Notes under the pieces: generated by a model
Told to the model about the DNA's origin: nothing
What the model saw: only the letters and a program-made list of their open reading frames with translations
Database searches by the model: none
Assembly (NCBI GenBank): GCA_900319955.1
Contig: ONQM01000006.1
Span: 718 to 64,717 of the forward strand
Length of the DNA: 64,000 bases
Reading direction: 5' to 3'
From: an uncultured Eubacteriales bacterium
GTDB taxonomy: Bacteria > Bacillota_I > Bacilli_A > RF39 > UBA660
Made by a program: the position numbers and the translations under genes
Shown: in pieces, positions 29,201 through 37,934 of the stretch
Layout of the letters: each line of letters opens with the position of its first letter
Numbering within the stretch: position 1 is the stretch's first letter

Positions 29201-30878
29201 GATGGGGATAACAGAAGTTAATCCACTTCCAGCACACTATAGATGCCCTAAATGTAAAAGAAGTTTCTTTAATGATGATGATGGAGTATCTTTAGGTACC
29301 AACTTTTCAACTGGATTTGACTTACCTGATAAAGAGTGCCCAAACTGTCACATCAAAATGATTAAGGATGGACAAGACATGCCATTTGCAACTTTCCTTG
29401 GATTTAATGCAGATAAAGTACCTGATATTGATCTTAACTTTAGCGATTTAAATCAGGCATCCGCTCATGCTTATACAAAAGTTTTGTTTGGTGAAGATAA
29501 TGTATATAGAGCAGGAACTATTGGTACTGTCGCTGAAAAAACAGCATATGGATTTGTTAAAGGATATGAAGAAGAGCATGGAATAACTGGTATGAGATCA
29601 GCTGAAATTGAGCGTCTCGCTGCAGGATGCACAGGAGTTAAAAGAACAACAGGACAGCATCCAGGAGGAATTGTTGTTATACCAGATTATAAATCAGTAT
29701 TTGACTTTACTCCTTTTCAGTATCCTGCAGATGATCCAGAATCACCTTGGAGAACAACACATTTTGATTACCATGCAATAGATCAGTGTGTTCTAAAACT
29801 GGATATTCTAGGTCACTCTGATCCAACACAATTAAGACTTATTCAGCTTCAGTCAGGAACTGATATAATGAAAGTCCCACTAGATGATAAGGCAACTATG
29901 AGTATATTTACATCAACTGAGGCTCTTGGGGTAACGGAAGATCAAATTATGTGCAAAACTGGAACACTTGGAATACCAGAGTTTGGAACACCATTTACAA
30001 TACAGCTTGTTGAAGACACTAAACCAACAACATTTGGTGAACTTATTAAAATATCAGGACTTTCTCATGGAACTGATGTTTGGCTTGGAAACGCACAAGA
30101 CTTAATCAAAAATAATATTGTTCCTTTTAAAGAAACTATAGGCTGCCGTGATGATATTATGGTATATCTTATGTATCATGGACTAGAGCCTATTAAAGCA
30201 TTTAAGATAATGGAGTTTGTTAGAAAGGGACGTCCTTCAAAATCTAAAAAACCAGATGATCCAGAAACATGGAAAGGTTATGTTGAAGACATGAGAAAAG
30301 CAGGAATTCCTGAATGGTTCATAGGATCATGTGCTAAAATAAAATATATGTTCCCTAAAGCACATGCTGCAGCATACGTAATATCAGCATTTAGAATTGC
30401 ATGGTATAAAGTTCATATGCCAGTATATTTCTACTCATCATGGTATACAAGTAAAGCAACTGATGTTGATTTAGATGCTATGATAGGAGGATATGACAAA
30501 ATAAGAGAAAGAGTAATTGACATACAAAATAAAGGATATGAAGCAACTAATAAAGAAAATGGACAACTAGAATCTTTAAAAGTTGCACTAGAAGGAGCTG
30601 CACGTGGAATAAAAGTACTTAATGTTGATCTTTATAAAAGTGATGCAACAGTTTGGACTCCAAAGAACGATACTGAAATGTATCCACCATTTTCAGCAAT
30701 AGATGGACTAGGAGACACAGTTGCAAAAAAAATTGTAGAAGAAAGAGCTAAAGCTCCATTTGTAAGCAAAGAAGATATTCAAAAACGTGCAAAAGTATCT
30801 CAAACACTAATTGAAAAAATGACTGATATGGGAATAATAAGTGATTTACCTGATACTAATCAGTTATCATTATTTTAA
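26238..30878 (+). CDS. polC: DNA polymerase III alpha, PolC type, with PHP, proofreading exonuclease, zinc finger and polymerase core
   Basis: VVFDFETTG is the exonuclease motif I. A PHP domain, CPKC..C.NC and the Gram-positive PolC architecture are all present. The protein is 1546 aa. Confidence 0.95.
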   Translation: MVIMEKNIKLLLDKIDFSKDHYNFFSSAKLTKLKLFKGNKSLEVYIEIDNMVQVDIFNELESKIYKLDNRVSKINIFFNVKNKDLNLYKDYFNTVLSMMKGKINKNLFVNSIEVGDNKLNILYSNTYEHDILNKNIDLIKEIYSSLGYDGEIDLKENINKIELNSTNEVLESSIPKEKFEHKEVKEEKKFTPGEKHFTRRRKEERDPENIIGVAINDTPISLHSVVGEDNNVCVEAKIFGVEYFESSKSDFKIITLKITDFTDSIYCKVFTRDADDYKRLTKELSIGTWIKVRGYTKNDQFSKELVLNARDIKKVDHKDEEIKDTYPEKRVELHAHTKMSQMDGLCDETELVKRAIKYGHKAIAITDHNGCQAFPHVFDYVTKYNKGLPEGKEKFKALYGTELTLIDDRVDIVIRPTTGKLLDKTYVVFDFETTGFNAGGVDQIIEIGAVKIKEGMVIDKYDELINPGRPLPERITAVTNITDDMLENKDTEENAIKRFIKWFGDLPMVAHNAKFDVSFLEMCYKKYNLGTFTNTVIDTLELSRTLDNNYSRHSLSALVKRYNVPWDESAHHRGDYDAEGTAYVLWKMLEKLNNRNIETMEDLENMVPKDEIYKYGRSYHVNLIAKNKTGLKNLFKIISLANTTYIYKTPRIPRSVLDENREGILVGSGCYESEVFVLARSKPDDELSNIIRYYDYVEVQPLECYSHLLQTGDFSNNYELSEHLKKIIRTTKDCGKLIVATGDVHHIDRADKIYREIIVNQKVPGGGRHPLARGGIKEIPSNHFRTTNEMMDDFKFLEDDNLAHEIVIDNPNKIADMCDIIEVIPDTGGIPFSPRVKGDDGEYLDCPRVVTDLVMTKAKDWYGDPLPHFIEDRIATELYGDILKNTITANLKEQGIEDEDKIFEELDKYINAGKGEIEKLLRERLKKDDPSLEKEALEKTLKKKFGGVIGGGFDPIYLIAQRLVKHSNDEGFLVGSRGSVGSSFVATMMGITEVNPLPAHYRCPKCKRSFFNDDDGVSLGTNFSTGFDLPDKECPNCHIKMIKDGQDMPFATFLGFNADKVPDIDLNFSDLNQASAHAYTKVLFGEDNVYRAGTIGTVAEKTAYGFVKGYEEEHGITGMRSAEIERLAAGCTGVKRTTGQHPGGIVVIPDYKSVFDFTPFQYPADDPESPWRTTHFDYHAIDQCVLKLDILGHSDPTQLRLIQLQSGTDIMKVPLDDKATMSIFTSTEALGVTEDQIMCKTGTLGIPEFGTPFTIQLVEDTKPTTFGELIKISGLSHGTDVWLGNAQDLIKNNIVPFKETIGCRDDIMVYLMYHGLEPIKAFKIMEFVRKGRPSKSKKPDDPETWKGYVEDMRKAGIPEWFIGSCAKIKYMFPKAHAAAYVISAFRIAWYKVHMPVYFYSSWYTSKATDVDLDAMIGGYDKIRERVIDIQNKGYEATNKENGQLESLKVALEGAARGIKVLNVDLYKSDATVWTPKNDTEMYPPFSAIDGLGDTVAKKIVEERAKAPFVSKEDIQKRAKVSQTLIEKMTDMGIISDLPDTNQLSLF

Positions 30879-30896
30879 AAAAATAGGAGAAAGAAT

Positions 30897-31142
30897 ATGA
30901 AATGTATTAAATGTGGTAGAGAATTAAACGATAATGAAAGATCTTGTATGTTTTGTGGCGAAATAAATCCATATAATCCAGAAAACTTTGAATTCATAAA
31001 AGAATATGGAACAAAAGAGCAAAAAAAAGCTATGAACCTAAATAAAATAAAAAGAAAAGATAATAAAAAAATACTTTTAATAATACTTTTAATTATAGTA
31101 ATTATACTAATTATATTCTTATTTTTAGGAGAAAATAAATGA
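30897..31142 (+). CDS. small zinc-ribbon protein with a C-terminal TM helix
   Basis: CIKCG...CMFCG is a zinc ribbon, followed by ILLIILLIIVIILIIFLFL. The stop overlaps the next start (ATGA). Confidence 0.45.
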   Translation: MKCIKCGRELNDNERSCMFCGEINPYNPENFEFIKEYGTKEQKKAMNLNKIKRKDNKKILLIILLIIVIILIIFLFLGENK

Positions 31143-32320
31143 ACTATAAAATATTAGTAGATGAAGAAAATCCTGTTACAAAAGATTATTTAAATTCATT
31201 AAATATAAAAGAATATAATGGAATAAAAGTAGAGAAAAAAGCACTAAATGCTTTTCTTTCTTTACAAAAAGAAGTATCAGTAAACTTAATTTCAGCATAT
31301 AAAGAAAATAATATAAATGATCCTCATATAACAGGACTATTACTTGACATAGATAAAGATATAAATAAAAATATTTTACAAAAATATGGATTTATTAAAC
31401 AAGATAAAAGTATTAGATATGTAGGAGTTAGTACATCTAAAATGATTAATGATAATAATTTAACATTAAAAGAATATAATAATCTTTATAATAAATCATT
31501 TATGCTTTTAATAAATAAACCTAGTGGTATAACAAGCTTTGATGTATGCAAGAAAGTATCTAAAACATTTGATACAAAAAAAGTAGGTCATACTGGTACA
31601 CTTGATCCTCTAGCAGAAGGATTAATGTTAATACTAGTTAATAAATATACTAAATTAAATAACTTAATAGATTATGACTATAAAGAGTATATAGCAGTAG
31701 TACAAAAAGGAATAGAAACAGATACACTTGATATTACAGGCAAAGTATTAAAAGAAGAAAAAGTAAAGAATCTACCTAACCTAAATAACATATTACAATC
31801 ATTTAAAGGTAAATATATGCAAGAAGTACCAATCTATTCTGCAGTTAAAATAAATGGTAAAAAACTATATGAATATGCAAGAAAAGGAAAAGAAATAGAT
31901 CTTCCTAAAAGAGAAGTAGAAATAAAAAATATTTCACTTGTAGAAGAAAAAGAGGATACTTTTACATTTAAATGTCTTGTATCAAAAGGAACATATATAA
32001 GAAGTTTAATAAGAGATATTAGTATTAAATTAAATTATCCTCTTACAATGAAAAAATTATTAAGAACAAAAGAAGGTAAATTTAAAATAGAAAATTCAAC
32101 ATCTTTAGATAAATTAAATATAAATACAAATAAGCTTTACTTAGAAGATATATTTGATTATGAAATAATAGATATAGATGATAATACTTATAATAAATTA
32201 ATAAATGGAGTAAAAATAAATAAAGATATAAAGAATAAAAAATTAATTAGATATAAAAATAAAGTAATAGGACTTATTCATAATGAAAATGGAATAATAA
32301 AAAAAGATTTTTTAATTTAA
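31139..32320 (+). CDS. truB: tRNA pseudouridine(55) synthase TruB, with an N-terminal in-frame extension of about 120 aa (the true start could be the internal Met near 31502)
   Basis: MLLINKPSGITSFDV...GHTGTLDPLAEGLM is the TruB catalytic motif with its Asp. Confidence 0.8.
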   Translation: MNYKILVDEENPVTKDYLNSLNIKEYNGIKVEKKALNAFLSLQKEVSVNLISAYKENNINDPHITGLLLDIDKDINKNILQKYGFIKQDKSIRYVGVSTSKMINDNNLTLKEYNNLYNKSFMLLINKPSGITSFDVCKKVSKTFDTKKVGHTGTLDPLAEGLMLILVNKYTKLNNLIDYDYKEYIAVVQKGIETDTLDITGKVLKEEKVKNLPNLNNILQSFKGKYMQEVPIYSAVKINGKKLYEYARKGKEIDLPKREVEIKNISLVEEKEDTFTFKCLVSKGTYIRSLIRDISIKLNYPLTMKKLLRTKEGKFKIENSTSLDKLNINTNKLYLEDIFDYEIIDIDDNTYNKLINGVKINKDIKNKKLIRYKNKVIGLIHNENGIIKKDFLI

Positions 32321-32730
32321 ATTAGTTGTATTAAAGTTAACAATATGCTAGACCTTGTATAATGTGGTGTGTAAATTCTAAAAGAATTACATACCATTTT
32401 TTATATAAGGAGAAAGATAAAGATGGAAAGTTTATAGTTAGTAGATTATACTAAGAAAAGATTAGATGAACTATATTTAGTAGTTTATACAGTTAAGAAT
32501 GAAATAAATATAAAGAAGGAGATATTACCTAACAAGCTGATATTTATAATCTTATATAAATGTTAAAATAAAAACTGATAAAAATGTCAAAGTAAAAAGT
32601 TGATAGTTTTATCATTTTTTCTGCATTTCTTAAAAGTTTTGTCGAATATTATATATAGGGAAGAATAAAAATAAGTTGGTTTGTTTGAATAGACAGCACT
32701 AAAATTAGTTTATAAGGGAGGATTAAAACT

Positions 32731-33653
32731 ATGAATGACAAATTACTTAGTAGTAAAGCTATATTTGATTCTATAAAACATATAGATGAAAATGGAAAGG
32801 AGTACTGGGAAGCTAGAGAGCTACAGAAAGTACTTGAATATACAGAGTGGAGAAATTTTGAGAAGGTTATTGATAAAGCTAAAAAAGCTTGTAAAACTAA
32901 TAATAGCAATGTTTCTTATCAGTTTGTTGACATCAACAAACCGATAACAGGTGGAAAAGGAAATACGGAGATCCAAGAAAGAAAGTAATAGCAGAGGCTC
33001 AAAACTATTTTGCTGTACAAACAAGGAAACAAGAGTTAACGGAAGAAGAGTATAATAGACTTTCTGAAGAGGATAAAAGACTTTATAGAAGAAGACAGAC
33101 TAAAGATGGCAATAAGATACTCTATGGTATTGCAAAGAGAAAAGGTGTTAAGAACTTTGATAAGTTTACGAATGCTGGATATAAAGGACTTTATAATGGT
33201 GAGACTGCAGATGATATATTTAAAAGAAAAAAATTAAATTATAGAGAAGATATTTTAGATAATATGAATAGTGCAGAGTTAGGTTCTAATGTGTTTAGAA
33301 TTACTGAGACAGAAGAACTATTAAATATGCAAGAAGAAATAAGTGAAGAAAAAGCAAATGAGACACACTTTAGAGTAGGTAAAGTTGTAAGAAAAGCGAT
33401 AAAAGAACTTGGTGGTATTATGCCAGAAGATCAGGAAACACCAAAGAAAAGTTTAAAGATAATAGAAAAAGAAAGAGATATTACTAGTTTAAATGACATT
33501 AACTTTGAAGAAAAGTTAATTGAAGATAAAGTTAAAGAAAAAGAACTTGAAATAACAATAAAGATGTTAAAAGATAAATTAGATATAGAAATGATTTCTA
33601 AATATACTGGTTTATCTAAAGAAGAAATAAAAAAAATAAGAAAGGAGAAATAA
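32731..33653 (+). pseudogene. decayed dinD-like (DNA-damage-inducible protein D family) gene, a frameshifted and internally deleted copy of the downstream gene
   Basis: The 32731-32988 N-terminus IFDSIKHIDENGKEYWEARELQKVLEY is about 80% identical to the downstream gene. The frame is then lost. GDPRKKVIAEAQNYFAVQTRKQELTEEEY resumes in another frame and continues into ORF 33264-33653. Confidence 0.6.
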
Positions 33654-33656
33654 AAA

Positions 33657-34661
33657 ATGAATAAAGATATAACAAATTATAGTAAAACTATATTTGATTC
33701 TATAAAACATATAGATGAAAATGGAAAGGAATATTGGGAAGCTAGAGAATTAATGAAAATTTTAAAATATACCAACTGGCGAAATTTTGAAATATTAATT
33801 AATCGATCAATGAAAACTGTAAAAAATAATAATTTGAATGTAAATTATCATTTTGATGCTGTCATCAAAATGATAGAAATTGCTAAAGGTGCTAAGAGAA
33901 AAGTTAAAGATTATAAGCTTTCACGATATGCATGTTATTTAATCGCAATGAATGGTGATCCAAGAAAGAAAGTTATCGCAGATGCTCAAAACTATTTTGC
34001 AGTACAGACAAGAAAGCAAGAGATAACTGAAGAAGAATATGAAAGATTAGTAGAAGAAAATAAAAGACTATTTAGAAGAAGAAAAACTAAAGAAGAAAAT
34101 AAACTTCTTTATGCTATTGCAAGAGTAAAAGGTGTTAAAAAATTAGATGAATTTACTAATTCCGGATATAGAGGCCTTTACGATGGAGAAGATGCTAATG
34201 CTATATTTAAAAGAAAGAAATTAAATTATAGAGAAGATATCTTGGATAACATGGGAAGTGAAGAGTTAGGTGCTAACATATTTAGAATATCACAGACTGA
34301 AGCACAACTTAAGAAACAGAATAATATAAGTGAAGCTGATGCCAACACCATTCATTATGATATAGGTAAAAATGTTCGTGATGCAATAATAAAAAATGGT
34401 AACCTGCCACCAGAAAAGTTACCGACACCATCTAAATCTATAAAAGAAATAGAAAAAGAAAGAAAAGAAGGAGAAATTCCAGAACTAAAAGACTATATGG
34501 CTGAGAAAGAAATAATGATAGAAGAAAGCTTAAAAGAAAATATAGAGAAGAATAAAACTTATGAGATAGCAAGAAAAATGCTTGAAAAAAATATTGATAT
34601 AGGTTTAATAGAAGAAGTTATAAGTTTGTCAAAAGAAGAAATAGATGCATTAATTAAATAA
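33657..34661 (+). CDS. dinD: DinD-family (DNA-damage-inducible protein D-like) protein, intact
   Basis: IFDSIKHIDENGKEYWEARELMKILKY...LSRYACYLIAMNGDPRKKVIADAQNYFAVQTRKQE matches the conserved DinD core. Confidence 0.7.
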   Translation: MNKDITNYSKTIFDSIKHIDENGKEYWEARELMKILKYTNWRNFEILINRSMKTVKNNNLNVNYHFDAVIKMIEIAKGAKRKVKDYKLSRYACYLIAMNGDPRKKVIADAQNYFAVQTRKQEITEEEYERLVEENKRLFRRRKTKEENKLLYAIARVKGVKKLDEFTNSGYRGLYDGEDANAIFKRKKLNYREDILDNMGSEELGANIFRISQTEAQLKKQNNISEADANTIHYDIGKNVRDAIIKNGNLPPEKLPTPSKSIKEIEKERKEGEIPELKDYMAEKEIMIEESLKENIEKNKTYEIARKMLEKNIDIGLIEEVISLSKEEIDALIK

Positions 34662-34793
34662 GTCTTTAATACTTTCTATTTTAGAAATAAAATTTAAAGA
34701 TAAACCAGTAAGCTCAGCAAGTTTTTCCTGAGTTATACCTTTTTCTTTTCTATACTTCTTTATATTTCTTCTTACAACATCATAGTAATCCAT
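34650..34793 (-). CDS. small (47 aa) XRE-type HTH ORF that converges on and overlaps the dinD 3' end
   Basis: The reverse strand reads MDYYDVVRRNIKKYRKEKGITQEKLAELTGLSLNFISKIESIKDLFN. It is not in the ORF track because it is under 60 aa. Confidence 0.35.
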   Translation of the reverse strand: MDYYDVVRRNIKKYRKEKGITQEKLAELTGLSLNFISKIESIKDLFN

Positions 34794-34813
34794 AATTCTT
34801 CACCTCCTAACAT

Positions 34814-35095
34814 TTGACATATTTAAAAAAAATATATATAATTTCATTAATAACTGTGATGAAGAAAAGTAGAAAAGAAACTATTTAAGCGAGTCTATGA
34901 TGGTGAAAGATAGATAATAAGCCTTTCTCGAAAGAACACTTTCTATGTTGCTATTTTGAAATTTATAAAGTAGATTTAGCCGTTTAATTAGCGTTAATAA
35001 TAAAGATGATTATAATTTAATTTATAATAAATAGGGTGGTACCGCGGAAATAGACTAGTTTCGTCCCTTTACTTGGGATTAAACTAGTCTTTTAT
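34814..35095 (+). promoter_or_regulatory. T-box riboswitch leader upstream of asnS, with its promoter (TTGACA, 17 nt spacer, TATAAT), the T-box antiterminator motif and a terminator hairpin
   Basis: AATAGGGTGGTACCGCGG is the T-box consensus. The terminator is gactagtttcgtccctttacttgggattaaactagtc, followed by a T-run. An Asn AAC triplet sits in a candidate specifier loop, gaaagaacac. Confidence 0.7.
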
Positions 35096-35114
35096 TATAT
35101 AAGGAGGAAAAATT

Positions 35115-36491
35115 ATGGATGTTAAAGATTTATTTTTAAAAGATTATATTGGAAAGAAAGTAAAAATAAGTGGTTGGGTTAAAAACCATAGAAAACAAAA
35201 AGAATTTGGATTTATTGATTTTTCAGATGGAACAACACAAAAACATTTACAAGTAGTTTATGATAACACACTTGATAACTTTGATGAAATACAAAAAATA
35301 AGCGTTGGATCAGCAATTGAAGTAGAAGGAGAAATTAGAAAAAGTCCTGCTAAAGGACAAGACTTTGAGATGGGACTTGAAAGTATTACTCTTTTAGGAG
35401 ACTGCCCAGAAGATTATCCGGTGCAGCCTAAAAGACACTCAGATGAATTTTTAAGAGAGCAGGCATATTTAAGAGCAAGAACAAATAAGTATGGTGCAAT
35501 ATTTAGAATAAGATCTGTTGCAGCTTTTGCAATACATAAATACTTTCAAGAAAATGGATACGTTTACTTTAATGCGCCAGAACTTACTGCAAGTGATTGT
35601 GAAGGTGCTGGAGAAATGTTTAGAGTAACAACACAGGATCTAGATTCAATTGCAAAAAGTAAAAAATATGATTCTTCAAAAGAACTTTTCGGAAAACCAG
35701 TTGGACTTACAGTATCAGGTCAGCTAGAAGCTGAGACTTGGGCTATGGCATACAAGAAAACTTATACATTTGGACCAACATTTAGAGCAGAAAACTCAAA
35801 TACTAAATTTCATGCTAATGAATTTTGGATGATAGAACCAGAAGTTGCATTTTGTGATTTAAATGGAATAATGGATATAGAAGAAGACTGCTTAAAATAC
35901 ATAATTAAATATGTACTTGATAATTGTCCTGATGAGATAAATCTTCTTGATAAATTTGTTTCAAAAGGATTAAAAGAAAAATTAGAAAATGTAATAAACT
36001 CTAAATTTGTTCGCATAACACATAAAGAAGTTATTGACATTCTAAAAGATGCTGAAAACAGTGGACATAAATGGGAGTTTAAACCAGAGTATGGTGAAGA
36101 TATTGCAAAAGAACATGAAACATATATAACAGAATATTTTAAGAAACCAGTATTTATAACAGATTGGCCTAAAGACATTAAAGCATTTTATATGAAACTA
36201 AATAAAGATGGCAAGACAGTAGCAGCAGCAGATCTTGAGCTTCCAGGAATAGGAGAGCTTATGGGTGGATCTCAAAGAGAAGAAGATTATGAGAAACTTT
36301 CAAAGAGAATGGATGAACTTCATATGGACAAAGCTCCATACTACTGGTATTTAAATTTAAGAAAATATGGAGGATGTGTTCACTCTGGATTCGGTATAGG
36401 ATTTGAAAGACTATTACTTTATATTACTGGAGCAGATAACATAAGAGATGTAATCCCTTATCCAAGAACACCAGGAAATTGTGAATTTTAA
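35115..36491 (+). CDS. asnS: asparaginyl-tRNA synthetase (class IIb)
   Basis: It has an OB-fold N-terminus, class II motifs 1-3 (FRAE, GGSQRE, GFGIGFERL) and, at 458 aa, is the size of AsnRS. Confidence 0.85.
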   Translation: MDVKDLFLKDYIGKKVKISGWVKNHRKQKEFGFIDFSDGTTQKHLQVVYDNTLDNFDEIQKISVGSAIEVEGEIRKSPAKGQDFEMGLESITLLGDCPEDYPVQPKRHSDEFLREQAYLRARTNKYGAIFRIRSVAAFAIHKYFQENGYVYFNAPELTASDCEGAGEMFRVTTQDLDSIAKSKKYDSSKELFGKPVGLTVSGQLEAETWAMAYKKTYTFGPTFRAENSNTKFHANEFWMIEPEVAFCDLNGIMDIEEDCLKYIIKYVLDNCPDEINLLDKFVSKGLKEKLENVINSKFVRITHKEVIDILKDAENSGHKWEFKPEYGEDIAKEHETYITEYFKKPVFITDWPKDIKAFYMKLNKDGKTVAAADLELPGIGELMGGSQREEDYEKLSKRMDELHMDKAPYYWYLNLRKYGGCVHSGFGIGFERLLLYITGADNIRDVIPYPRTPGNCEF

Positions 36492-36535
36492 TTAAAATTT
36501 CTTGTTTAATATAAAAAAATAAGATATAATATAGC

Positions 36536-37864
36536 ATGTCGGAGGTAAATATTATGGCAAAGAAAAATGAAGAAGTAAAAGTTGAAAAGAAAGAAAAAGA
36601 ATTAGAAAAAGATGTAAATAAACATGAAGTTGATGTAAAAATTGAAGGTAAAGAATGGGAAGATGCTTTAACTAAAGTTTTTACAAAGAAACAGAAAACA
36701 GTAGAAGTACCAGGATTTAGAAAAGGAAAAGTTACAAGAGATGTTTACGAAAAACATTTTGGTAAAGAAAGCCTTTATTTAGATGCTGCAGATGATTTAA
36801 TAGAAAATGCTTATGACAAAGCTTTAAAAGACTCTAAGTTAATACCAGTTGTACAGCCTAGTGTTAATATTAAAACTATTGATGAAAAAGGAATAACATA
36901 TGTATTTACAATAATTACTAAACCAGAAGTTAAAATAAGTACATATAAAGGTCTAAATGTTAAGAAAGAAGAAGCTAAAGTAACAAAAGAAGAAATAGAT
37001 CATGAAATAGAGCATTTACTTGAAGAATATACTGAGCTTGTTCCAAAAAAAGGTAAAATTGCAAAAGGCGATTTAGCAATTATTGATTACGTTGGAACAA
37101 AAGATGGTAAAGAGTTTGATGGTGGTAAAGCTGAAAACTATTCACTAGAAATTGGTTCTAACACATTTATACCAGGTTTTGAAGATGGACTTGTTGGATT
37201 AAAAGCAGGAGATGAAAAAGATCTTAATCTTGAATTTCCAAAAGATTATGGAGCAAAGGATCTAGCAGGAGCAAAGGTTGTATTCCATGTTAAAGTAAAT
37301 GAAGTAAAAGAAAAACAAAAAAGAGAACTTGATGAAGACTTCTTTGAAGATTTAGGAGTAGAAGGAGTTAAAGATGAAAAGTCTTTAAGAGCAAAGATTG
37401 AAGAAAATCTTAAATCTCAAAAAGAAGCTGATATTGAAAACAAATATGTTGATGAGCTTTTAGAAAAAGTATCTAAGAATGTAACAGTTGATATTCCATC
37501 AGAAATGATTGACGAAGAAGTAGAACGAATGATAGAAAGATATGCTGATCAATTAAAGAGTCAAGGAATAAGCTTAGAGCTTTACTATCAGTTTACTAAG
37601 ACAACAGAAGAAGATTTAAAGAAGCAAATAAGACCAGAAGCAGAAAAGACAGTTCTTTATAGATTAATGCTTGAAGAAATAAGTACATTAGAAAGTGTAC
37701 AAGTAACAAAAGAAGAAACAGAAAAAGAAGCAGAAAAGATTGCAAAGAATTACAATATTTCAAAAGAAGACTTCTTAAAACAAATAGGTGGAACTGATAT
37801 GCTTGAGTATGACCTTGAAATACAAAAGACAATTGATTTATTAAAGGAATATAATAAACAGTAA
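36536..37864 (+). CDS. tig: trigger factor
   Basis: PGFRKGKV is the ribosome-binding signature, and there is a central FKBP-like domain. The start may instead be the downstream Met at 36554. Confidence 0.9.
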   Translation: MSEVNIMAKKNEEVKVEKKEKELEKDVNKHEVDVKIEGKEWEDALTKVFTKKQKTVEVPGFRKGKVTRDVYEKHFGKESLYLDAADDLIENAYDKALKDSKLIPVVQPSVNIKTIDEKGITYVFTIITKPEVKISTYKGLNVKKEEAKVTKEEIDHEIEHLLEEYTELVPKKGKIAKGDLAIIDYVGTKDGKEFDGGKAENYSLEIGSNTFIPGFEDGLVGLKAGDEKDLNLEFPKDYGAKDLAGAKVVFHVKVNEVKEKQKRELDEDFFEDLGVEGVKDEKSLRAKIEENLKSQKEADIENKYVDELLEKVSKNVTVDIPSEMIDEEVERMIERYADQLKSQGISLELYYQFTKTTEEDLKKQIRPEAEKTVLYRLMLEEISTLESVQVTKEETEKEAEKIAKNYNISKEDFLKQIGGTDMLEYDLEIQKTIDLLKEYNKQ

Positions 37865-37890
37865 GAGAATTTCTCTTACTTTTCTTTTCA
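37861..37890 (+). terminator. rho-independent terminator after tig
   Basis: gtaagaga-att-tctcttac, followed by ttttctttt. Confidence 0.6.
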
Positions 37891-37934
37891 ATATTAAAAA
37901 CTAGTGATATTATATAGGAGTTGGAGTTGATATT

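Noticed and set aside
32340-32730. Possible riboswitch or ncRNA in the 390-nt gap after truB
   Set aside because: Apart from a probable terminator hairpin at about 32372-32402, I saw no conserved riboswitch motifs. It is likely the promoter or UTR region of the dinD locus.
35810-37832. Minus-strand ORFs inside asnS (35810-36178) and tig (37596-37832)
   Set aside because: They are antisense to conserved housekeeping genes and their composition looks like an artefact.
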